A DNA stretch of 60,585 nt, taken from IMG/VR virus record IMGVR_UViG_3300034069_001005, positions 1 through 60,585 of that record. One strand, 5' to 3'. Below the pieces are notes generated by a model. The model was not told where the DNA came from. It saw nothing but the letters and a program-made list of their open reading frames with translations, and did no database searches. Position numbers and translations under genes: made by a program. Shown here piece by piece: positions 40,600-47,644 of the stretch (within the stretch, counting starts at the first letter, position 1; every line of letters starts with the position of its first letter). Source of the stretch: a virus.

Positions 40600-41372
40600 G
40601 CGGAAAGGTGCTGGCGGCGCTGCGCGCTGTCGAGTGGTTGCCGGGGGAGGAGCCGTTCGAGGCGGAGCTCTGGTGCCCCATCTGCCGGGGCGGAAAATAC
40701 GGCAATGAGGCTGGGCGCCCGCCTGGCCATCAGCCCGGATGCGTCGTCGCGGCCGCGATCATAGAGGCCGGCGGCGAGACCGGCCCGGAGGAGATCGCGC
40801 GGCTCAAGGCGGAGGTGGCGCGGCATCTGCCGAGCGCGACGGAGCATGTCCTGCCCGAGCAAAACGGGATGTTCGTGGTGCTCGATCACGCCACGTCGCC
40901 CCAGCAGGAGCTCGGATCCGGGTGGACCGACCTGGAGGCGTGGCGCGCGGCGCTGATGACGATCGAGCGACGGGCGTACATTGCCGGCGATCCTCCCGAG
41001 CCGCTCCGTGGGCGGGTCGATTGGTCAGGTAAGACGCTGCGCGAGATCCTGGACGGGCCCGGTTGGCCGGCCGCGATGTCGGAGTCGGCCCGGATGGAAG
41101 TGGTAGTCGAGGCCTATGACGCCCATTGCCGGGGCGAGCGCGCCAAGGCGGAGGCCGGCCAGACTCGGGAGGAGCGCGACGCCGAGGTGGACCGCGCGTT
41201 TGACCTGGTCGACGTCGAGGCGGAGGCCTGGCGCCTGGCGCAGCTGGCTGTCCAGATGATGGGGGTAGCCTGGCACGAAGCGCCCTCGCCCGTCGATTGG
41301 TCAGACGCGATGGGCGACGCCGCCGGTCTCATGGCCGCGGCCCGGGCCAAGGCAAGGGAGACCGGCCGATGA
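40596..41372 (+). CDS. Hypothetical protein, 258 aa
   Basis: ATG 40596 with an AGGAGGG RBS. CPICRGG...GC Cys motif near the N-terminus. Confidence 0.6.
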   Translation: MSGKVLAALRAVEWLPGEEPFEAELWCPICRGGKYGNEAGRPPGHQPGCVVAAAIIEAGGETGPEEIARLKAEVARHLPSATEHVLPEQNGMFVVLDHATSPQQELGSGWTDLEAWRAALMTIERRAYIAGDPPEPLRGRVDWSGKTLREILDGPGWPAAMSESARMEVVVEAYDAHCRGERAKAEAGQTREERDAEVDRAFDLVDVEAEAWRLAQLAVQMMGVAWHEAPSPVDWSDAMGDAAGLMAAARAKARETGR

Positions 41373-41653
41373 CGCCGCACCCCTCGATTCGTCGGATGCA
41401 CAAGCTCCGCGCGGGGATGCGCCGGCTATCCGATGCCCGGTTGGATGCCGCGATCGTGGGCGCCGAGGCGAAGTTCGCCCAGATCAAGCTTCGTGACACT
41501 GGCGACGCGGCCCACCATCTCGCCGTTCTCATCTGGGATTTGAGAGGGGAGCGGTCGGATCGCGCCAATCGCGACAACCCGATTTCGGGCCGACCTGGCC
41601 ATCCCGGCTATGAGCGGTTCCGGGCGATTGCCGAAAGCTGGGGCTACTCGTGA
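41369..41653 (+). CDS. Hypothetical protein, 94 aa
   Basis: ATGA overlap with the previous gene. Confidence 0.5.
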   Translation: MTPHPSIRRMHKLRAGMRRLSDARLDAAIVGAEAKFAQIKLRDTGDAAHHLAVLIWDLRGERSDRANRDNPISGRPGHPGYERFRAIAESWGYS

Positions 41654-41748
41654 GGCCCTCGAGCATTTGACACTGGAGGCCCGAATGGGCGTGATGGGCG
41701 ATGCCCGTCTCGATTCGGGCCAGGAGATTCACTGCCGCCCAGGACGCT

Positions 41749-41817
41749 GAAACGAAAAGACCCCCAGGCTTGCCGGCCCAGGGGTCTCTAAACGGATAGC
41801 TCATCCGATCCACTCGC
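41749..41817 (-). ncRNA. Candidate ~70-nt small RNA (antisense to the 41654-41916 leader)
   Basis: The minus strand has TTGACA (41852-41847), a 17-nt spacer and CATCTT (41829-41824). This is followed by a GC hairpin (41758-41787) and TTTTCGTTT. Confidence 0.2.
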
Positions 41818-41916
41818 AAGGGGAAGATGGGCGAGACACCTTGAGGTGTCAACGGGGAAGTGCCGAGCCCCGATCGCCGTCGTTCGCCCCGAAGCGGCCC
41901 GACAAGGGCCAGACGT

Positions 41917-42621
41917 ATGCAATCCGACCATTTCCGGCGCGCCATAGAGGCGGCGCCACGGGTGAAGCTCATCGAGCTCGCCTCCGCGCTCTGGAAAGCG
42001 CACGCCCTCGGCCATCTGGACGATGCCGAGACACAATGTCTCGCCGAGCTCATCGAGGTCCGGAAGGCGCTGCCGATCCCCCCGAAGCCGGCCCGCCGCA
42101 CGGGCTCCCGGGCCCGATCCCCGGCCAGCGTGGAGCGTCGCCGCCGCTGGGCGGGCTCCGGCTACATGCCGCCGGCCCTGGCGGCCAGGTTTACGACCTC
42201 CGAGCACGCGGTCCTGGCGGTGATCGCCGCCGAAGTGGTCCAGCGCGGCCTCTGCCGCATGCCCCTGGGCCAGATCGCCGCTCTGGCGGGCGTGTGCCGC
42301 ACCACCGTGAAGAACACGCTCCGCGAGGCCCGCGCGATCGGCCTGGTGACGTCCGAGGAATGGCGGATCCAGGCCTTCCGCAATGCGCCGAACACGGTCC
42401 GCATCGTCTCGCCGGAGTGGCGCGCCTGGCTGCGAACCCGCGCCCGCAAGGTGGCCGCCGAGAGCCCGCGGACGGCGGAACAGGGTGGGGGCAAATCTGC
42501 GCCCACCACGAACAACCATCTATTTACCAAGGGAATCGAGGTTGAGAGCGGAGGAGATCGGGGAAGGAAGACGGTTGCCAGCTGGCGACCCGCGGCGCCA
42601 TATGCTCGGGCGATAGCGTAA
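41917..42621 (+). CDS. Winged-helix DNA-binding protein (regulator or replication-initiator candidate)
   Basis: 234 aa from an in-frame ATG. LCRMPLGQIAALAGVCRTTVKNTLREARAIGLV is wHTH-like. Confidence 0.6.
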   Translation: MQSDHFRRAIEAAPRVKLIELASALWKAHALGHLDDAETQCLAELIEVRKALPIPPKPARRTGSRARSPASVERRRRWAGSGYMPPALAARFTTSEHAVLAVIAAEVVQRGLCRMPLGQIAALAGVCRTTVKNTLREARAIGLVTSEEWRIQAFRNAPNTVRIVSPEWRAWLRTRARKVAAESPRTAEQGGGKSAPTTNNHLFTKGIEVESGGDRGRKTVASWRPAAPYARAIA

Positions 42622-42634
42622 CCGCCCCGGTTAT
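42618..42634. promoter_or_regulatory. Palindrome copy 9 (GTAACCGCCCCGGTTAT)
   Basis: Overlaps the stop region of 41917..42621, 20 bp upstream of ATG 42654. Confidence 0.6.
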
Positions 42635-42653
42635 GCCGAGAGAGGCCGAAACG

Positions 42654-43070
42654 ATGCGATCACCCGACGACGCGCGGGCCCAGGACGGGCATCTGCCGCA
42701 AGGGCTCCTGCTGGGGGGCATGAACCGGGCGGACAGGCGGCGGGCCGCGCGCCTGGCCGCTCGAGTCCCCGTGACCGAGCCACAGGCGGCGCCGCAGGCG
42801 AGCCCCGGGATCCTGGAGGCCTCGATGATGCACCGCGAGATGCTCAACGGGATCCGCAAGGTCGAGGGCCCAGACGCGGGGGACCGGAACGCGCTGGCCA
42901 CCATGATCGGCATGTTCGCCTATCTGGTCGACCACCACGGGATCGAGGATGCCGAGGCCAGGATCAAGGGCGCGCTGTCCGACATGGTGAGCCAGGCGCT
43001 GCTCAAGCGGGCCAAGGACATCCAGGCCGGCCGGCGGCCGCCGATGCCGACGGGGGAGGGCACCCGCTGA
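42654..43070 (+). CDS. Hypothetical protein, 138 aa
   Basis: ATG with an AGAGAGG RBS, in frame with track ORF 42633..43070. Confidence 0.5.
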   Translation: MRSPDDARAQDGHLPQGLLLGGMNRADRRRAARLAARVPVTEPQAAPQASPGILEASMMHREMLNGIRKVEGPDAGDRNALATMIGMFAYLVDHHGIEDAEARIKGALSDMVSQALLKRAKDIQAGRRPPMPTGEGTR

Positions 43071-43264
43071 TGGCCGCCTCGCGCAAGGAGCATCCGGCCG
43101 TGAAAGCGGTGCGGGTGGCGCTCAAGGAGCATGGCGACCTAGTCGCGGAGGTCCGGGGGCTCAAGGGGGAGCTGGCACGCGCGAATAGGACATCGGCCGC
43201 GCTCGCGCGGGAGGTCTCGGCGCTCAAGGCGAAGGGCAAGGCGCCCGCGAAGGTGGCAAGATGA
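43070..43264 (+). CDS. Hypothetical coiled-coil protein, 64 aa
   Basis: The start shares a base with the previous TGA. Confidence 0.5.
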   Translation: MAASRKEHPAVKAVRVALKEHGDLVAEVRGLKGELARANRTSAALAREVSALKAKGKAPAKVAR

Positions 43265-43392
43265 TGGGCCAGCAGAGCGGGGCGGTGCCGGCGGGGGGTC
43301 TGGTGTGCTCCCGCTGCGGCAACAGGCGATACGTCGAATGGTGCCCCTATTGCGACAGCGGAGCGGTGCCGGCTGGGACGGAGACGCCTTGA
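43261..43392 (+). CDS. Zinc-ribbon mini-protein, 43 aa (below the ORF-track cut-off)
   Basis: MMGQQSGAVPAGGLVCSRCGNRRYVEWCPYCDSGAVPAGTETP (CxxC-N8-CxxC). ATGA overlap upstream and TGATG junction downstream. Confidence 0.4.
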   Translation: MMGQQSGAVPAGGLVCSRCGNRRYVEWCPYCDSGAVPAGTETP

Positions 43393-43772
43393 TGCGCGGC
43401 CACGCTCTCATCCCCCTGTCGGTCGCGCCGCATCCGGACGGCGGGTGGACCTTTCGCATCGAAGACACCCCCGCCGGCCGGCGCCTGGCCGAGGATCTGA
43501 TGCACACGACCTATGGCGGCGCGGCGCTCCTGGTGGTGCCTCACATCGCGGGCGCGCGCGATGCTCTGGAGCCGGTGGGCGAGTGGCCGGACCCATTCGT
43601 GGGCCCAGGCTGCGCATCATGCAGCGGGCGAGCTTTCGTCGCCGTCGAGGTGGAGGGCGGGTTCGGAGACGCGCCGTGCCAGTCCTGCGACGAGGGCCGT
43701 GCGCTGGCCGCGCGCTACGGCCAAAGTCGACGGCGGCGGGCCTCTGGTGGCGATCTCCGCCCCGCGTTATGA
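43392..43772 (+). CDS. Hypothetical Cys-containing protein, 126 aa
   Basis: In-frame ATG of track ORF 43305..43772, translationally coupled. Motif CASCSG...CQSC. Confidence 0.5.
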   Translation: MRGHALIPLSVAPHPDGGWTFRIEDTPAGRRLAEDLMHTTYGGAALLVVPHIAGARDALEPVGEWPDPFVGPGCASCSGRAFVAVEVEGGFGDAPCQSCDEGRALAARYGQSRRRRASGGDLRPAL

Positions 43773-43827
43773 TGCAGGACCAGGGGCGGGGGAGTCGTCG
43801 TTCCAGACCCCGCCCATTTGCCTTCGC

Positions 43828-43841
43828 GTAACCACCGTTAT
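43828..43841. promoter_or_regulatory. Palindrome copy 10 (GTAACCACCGTTAT, spacer 3 bp shorter) inside TTTGCC-16-TATGGA
   Basis: Intergenic. It would direct + strand transcription antisense to the HNH gene 43926..44354. Confidence 0.45.
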
Positions 43842-43925
43842 GGAACTTCGGCGTCATTTCGGCGACCCCGCCAGAATGATGGCCAGGGCCCCCGGAAAAG
43901 CCCGCCAGGCGGCATCGGCCGCTGA

Positions 43926-44354
43926 TCAGGCCGGGTATGGGCCCTCGAACAGGTCCCCGGCGGCGCGGCGCCCCAAGATCGTCAGCCGGCGCCGCCGCGC
44001 ATGCTCCTCCCGATCGTTGATCAGGTGACATCGCTGGCACAGGGCGGCCAGGTTGGCCGGATCGTTGTGGGTCGGGTCGTGATCGAGGTGGGCCGTGGCC
44101 AGGACCACCCATGTCCGCCGCAGTCGCACGGCGATCTCCGACGGATCCGGCGCCACGATCGCGCGGCCGGCATCATCGCGCCAGGTCCGCGCATCCTCAT
44201 CCCACCAGCGGCCGTCCCCGAGATGGCGCACCAGGCGCCCGTGCGGCCGGCCGCAATCCTCGCATCGGCCTCGGGCTCGGAGGAATCGGACGGCGGCCGA
44301 GACCTCCCGCCAGTCGGTGGGATAGAGCCGGCGATGGGCGGGGCGGATTGGCAT
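43926..44354 (-). CDS. HNH endonuclease (paralogue 2)
   Basis: MPIRPAHRRLYPTDW...ATAHLDHDPTHNDPANLAALCQRCHLINDREEH. It shares its motifs with 27671..27994 but has a ~35-aa insertion. Confidence 0.75.
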   Translation of the reverse strand: MPIRPAHRRLYPTDWREVSAAVRFLRARGRCEDCGRPHGRLVRHLGDGRWWDEDARTWRDDAGRAIVAPDPSEIAVRLRRTWVVLATAHLDHDPTHNDPANLAALCQRCHLINDREEHARRRRLTILGRRAAGDLFEGPYPA

Positions 44355-44445
44355 GACCGAATCATGCACCCCCGCGAGTCCGGCCGCCAACGAAAAAGGG
44401 CGGCCAGCCGGCCGCCCTTCCGACTGTTGCAGAAATTGCAACAGT

Positions 44446-45120
44446 TCAGGCTTCGCCCTGCTCCTTGGCCTGGTAGACGATCCCGTCGGCGGTGCTCCGG
44501 CTGGTGATGCGCGCGATGGCGTCGCGCTCGAACCGGCGGACGTGGCTCATCACGTCATGGATTCCGGTCGTCAGGCGGAGCTCCTGCTCGGTCGCGCCCT
44601 CCTTGAGCTTGTGCCACAGGGTGGCAATCTCGCCCGAGAAGACGTGGCCCGTCTTCGTGGTCGCGGTCGGCGTGACGGCCGGCGCCGGAACGCCCGGGTC
44701 AGTCTCGTCGATCGCCCCGACCGAGGCGGGGCCCGGGGCGGGCGCGACAGGCTGGGCGGCCAGGTCCGCCATCGGCACGCCGAGGTAGGTGTCAGCGGCC
44801 GGCGCGGTAGCCGACGCCGGCAGGGTCCCGCTGATCTCGGCCGCGGCGGCCTGGCCCTTCTCGGCCTCGACGATCTCGGCGTGCTTGACCTCATCCTGGG
44901 CCGCGGCCGCCATGGCGCGGGTGGTGTCCTCGGTGCTGGCCTTGGCCAGGTCGATCGAGCCCGGCACCGCCTCGATCGGCTTCGGCTGCTCGACGACCGT
45001 TTCCGCGCCGGCCGGCGACGGGGAGGCGCCCGCATTGCCCAGCGGCGCGGCCAGGGCGGTCTCGGTAGCCTGGCTTCCGACGTTCCCGGCCGGCGCCTTA
45101 TCGTTCGTCTTCGTAACCAT
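44446..45120 (-). CDS. Hypothetical protein, 224 aa (Ala/Pro-rich N-half, folded C-domain)
   Basis: The ATG lies in the centre of palindrome copy 11. AGGAG RBS 10 nt upstream. Confidence 0.55.
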   Translation of the reverse strand: MVTKTNDKAPAGNVGSQATETALAAPLGNAGASPSPAGAETVVEQPKPIEAVPGSIDLAKASTEDTTRAMAAAAQDEVKHAEIVEAEKGQAAAAEISGTLPASATAPAADTYLGVPMADLAAQPVAPAPGPASVGAIDETDPGVPAPAVTPTATTKTGHVFSGEIATLWHKLKEGATEQELRLTTGIHDVMSHVRRFERDAIARITSRSTADGIVYQAKEQGEA

Positions 45121-45129
45121 GGCGGTTAA
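45113..45129. promoter_or_regulatory. Palindrome copy 11 (GTAACCATGGCGGTTAA) at the head of the late block
   Basis: On the + strand, TTCGTC-17-TAAACT. It overlaps the start codon of 44446..45120(-) and lies 73 bp upstream of ATG 45202. Confidence 0.6.
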
Positions 45130-45201
45130 ACTCCTGTTGCGCGAACGCGCGCGCCGTCACCATATGGCGGCCCAGCCCACATGCACCAGAGGTGATGCGC
45201 G

Positions 45202-45798
45202 ATGACGACCCGGAGGCGGCCGCGGGCCGTCAAGACAGCCCCGACGCACTGGCCCGCCGCGGCCATCGAGATGCGATCGGCGGCGAGCCTCATCCCCTAC
45301 GCGCGCAACGCGCGAGTCCACAGCCCGGAACAGGTCGACCAGATCGCGGCCTCCATGCGCGAGTTCGGCTTCACGATGCCCATCCTCATCGACGAGGGCG
45401 GCGAGATCATCGCGGGCCACGGGCGGCTCATGGCGGCCCAGAAGATCGGCATGGAGGACGTGCCGTGCATGATGGCCAAGGGCTGGTCGGAGGAGAAGCG
45501 GCGCGCCTACGTGATCGCCGACAACCGGCTGGCGGAGAACGCCACCTGGGACGAGTCCCTCCTCAAGCTGGAGTTCGGCGGCCTGCGGGATGCCGGATTC
45601 GACGTCGCCCTGACGGGCTTCTCCGCCAAGGCCGTGGACGCCATGTTCGCGCCCACCGATGGCATCGAGGACGCACCCGCCACCAATTACAAACAGCAGT
45701 ATGGCGTGATCGTCATCTGTAAGGACGAAAAGGAGCAACAGAAAGAGTTCGAGGCGCTGACCAAGGCTGGAAAAAAGGTGAAGATCGTCGTCACATGA
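45202..45798 (+). CDS. ParB N-terminal (nuclease-like) domain protein
   Basis: 198 aa: LIPYARNARVHSPEQVDQIAASMREFGFTMPILIDEGGEIIAGHGRLMAA. GAGGTG RBS. Confidence 0.7.
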   Translation: MTTRRRPRAVKTAPTHWPAAAIEMRSAASLIPYARNARVHSPEQVDQIAASMREFGFTMPILIDEGGEIIAGHGRLMAAQKIGMEDVPCMMAKGWSEEKRRAYVIADNRLAENATWDESLLKLEFGGLRDAGFDVALTGFSAKAVDAMFAPTDGIEDAPATNYKQQYGVIVICKDEKEQQKEFEALTKAGKKVKIVVT

Positions 45799-46976
45799 AA
45801 ATCGAGGTCAGGAATACTTGCGCGGAGGCCACGTCCTACCGCGCCGCACGGGTAAAAAGCCTGTTCAACGCCGAGAGCGGCGCCAACTTCTCCCTCGATG
45901 CGGAGCTCCCGATCGAGGACATGCAATGGCGGATCGGGGTGGTGGTCGGCCCGTCGGGGTCCGGCAAGACGTCGATCGGCCGGCTGATCTTCCCGGAGGC
46001 GGGCGAGTCCGCGTTCTGGAGCCCCACCTGGCCCGATGCGCCGCTGATCGAGGCCATCGGCCCGGAGCAGGACTTCGACGACGTGACGGCCGCCCTCGGC
46101 TCCGTCGGGCTCGGATCGGTGCCGACCTGGCTGCGGCCCTATGGGGCGCTGTCCAACGGCGAGCGGTTCCGCGCGGATCTGGCGCGCCTGGTGATCGACG
46201 CACCGCCCTGCGCCGTGGTCGACGAGTTCACCTCCGTGGTTGACCGGCAGATTGCCCGGTTCGGCGCGCTGGCCTTCGCCAAGGCCTGGCGGCGCGGCAC
46301 CGGCCAGGTGGTCCTCCTGACGCCCCACTACGACGTCCTCGAATGGCTCGAGCCCGATTGGATCTACGACACAGCAAAGCACAGCTTTGCGAGGGGGTCC
46401 CTTCGGCGACCCAAGTTCACTCTCGACGTCTGGAAGACGGACTCCAGTTATTGGCGTCACTTTGAGCCCCATCATTATCTGAAACTGCCGCTGATGGTGG
46501 GCGCCCATTACTATGTCGGCGCGGTCGAGGGCGAGCTTGCCTGCCACCTGGCCGTCGGATCCATCAACAAAGGCAAGAAGGTCGAGGCACGGGCGTGCCG
46601 CCTCGTGGTGATGCCCGAATGGCAGGGCGCGGGCGTGGGGCTCCGGTTCCTCAACGCCATATGCGAGATGCAGGCCCAGGGTGATCCCGCCTCGCGCCTG
46701 GCGGGCCGGCCCACCACGACCATCTTCCACACGAGCCACCCCCAGCTGTGCGCGGCCCTGCGGCGCGATAAACGATGGCGCCAGATCACAGCGACGTTGC
46801 ATGGCGTCACCAAGGTCGCGGGGGGCGCGACCATCCGAGTGTCGCAGCGAGCCAAGAGCACCAGCTTCGGCGTCGTGGGCGCGAGCTCGGGCTACGGCGG
46901 CCATTTCCGGGCCGTCCAGGGCTTTCGGTACTATGGGGCCGCCGGCATCCAGGCGGCAGAGGAGGGGCGGCGGTGA
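45795..46976 (+). CDS. ABC-type ATPase fused to a GNAT-like acyltransferase domain
   Basis: Walker A GPSGSGKTS, signature-like LSNGERFR, Walker B AVVDEFTS, H-loop LLTPHYD. The C-terminal RLVVMPEWQGAGVGLRFLNAI matches GNAT motif A. ATGA overlap upstream. Confidence 0.7.
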   Translation: MKIEVRNTCAEATSYRAARVKSLFNAESGANFSLDAELPIEDMQWRIGVVVGPSGSGKTSIGRLIFPEAGESAFWSPTWPDAPLIEAIGPEQDFDDVTAALGSVGLGSVPTWLRPYGALSNGERFRADLARLVIDAPPCAVVDEFTSVVDRQIARFGALAFAKAWRRGTGQVVLLTPHYDVLEWLEPDWIYDTAKHSFARGSLRRPKFTLDVWKTDSSYWRHFEPHHYLKLPLMVGAHYYVGAVEGELACHLAVGSINKGKKVEARACRLVVMPEWQGAGVGLRFLNAICEMQAQGDPASRLAGRPTTTIFHTSHPQLCAALRRDKRWRQITATLHGVTKVAGGATIRVSQRAKSTSFGVVGASSGYGGHFRAVQGFRYYGAAGIQAAEEGRR

Positions 46977-47644
46977 GGATCTATCTCGCGGGGCAGAGGG
47001 CGTTCGGCGCCATGGTGTTCGACATGATCCTGGAGGCCGGCCACGAGATCGTCGGCGTCTCGGCGCCGTTCGGGCGCGACGCGCCGGGCGGGTGGCGCAA
47101 CGACGCCCTGGCCATGTCGGCCGAGCGGCGGAACATCCCATGGCTCGAGTCCGGGCTGCTGCGCGCCGAGACGCTCCCGCCGGATGTCGATCTGATCGTG
47201 GCGGCCCATTCCCACGACTTCATCGGATCGAAGACGCGCCTGCGCGCCCGGCTGGGCGGCATCGGCTATCACCCGAGCCTCCTGCCCCGTCACCGCGGCC
47301 GCGACGCCATCCGGTGGGCGCTGCACATGGGCGACGCCATCACGGGCGGCTCCGTCTACTGGCTGTCCGACACGATGGACGGGGGCGACATCGCGGCCGC
47401 GCAACACGTCTTCATCGAGCCCGGGGAGACCGTCGATTCCCTCTGGCGCGACAAGCTGGCGCCGCTCGGGGTCGAGCTCCTCGCCCGCGTGCTATCGGAT
47501 CTCGATCGCGGCGTGATGCGCCGGCATCCCCAGGAGCGCGCGGCCGTGACGTGGGAGCCGTCATGGGAGCGCGCCCCGCGTCCCCGGCCTGACCTTGAGC
47601 TCCTCGGCGCGGCTCCGGCCGGCCTCCGGGTGGAGCGGTTCTGA
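46973..47644 (+). CDS. Formyltransferase-fold protein (Fmt/PurN/ArnA-N-like)
   Basis: GTG overlapping the previous TGA, GGAGG RBS. GYHPSLLPRHRGRDAI and SDTMDGGDI match the formyl-transferase N-domain catalytic motifs. Confidence 0.75.
   Translation: MRIYLAGQRAFGAMVFDMILEAGHEIVGVSAPFGRDAPGGWRNDALAMSAERRNIPWLESGLLRAETLPPDVDLIVAAHSHDFIGSKTRLRARLGGIGYHPSLLPRHRGRDAIRWALHMGDAITGGSVYWLSDTMDGGDIAAAQHVFIEPGETVDSLWRDKLAPLGVELLARVLSDLDRGVMRRHPQERAAVTWEPSWERAPRPRPDLELLGAAPAGLRVERF

Noticed and set aside
41667-41672. A plus-strand TTGACA as a promoter for the 41917 gene
   Set aside because: There is no acceptable -10 hexamer 16-18 bp downstream (CGTGAT/GTGATG). I left it unannotated.
43840-44028. A plus-strand ORF (MELRRHFGDPARMMARAPGK...) downstream of palindrome copy 10
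   Set aside because: It runs antisense through the well-supported HNH gene and has poor composition. The promoter-like copy 10 may instead yield an antisense RNA.
25294-45129. The repeated palindromes as a CRISPR array, or as CtrA (TTAA-N7-TTAA) or alphaproteobacterial LexA (GTTC-N7-GTTC) boxes
   Set aside because: The copies are kilobases apart with no regular repeat-spacer structure. The arms (TAACCG/CGGTTA) are inverted repeats and do not match the CtrA or LexA consensus half-sites.
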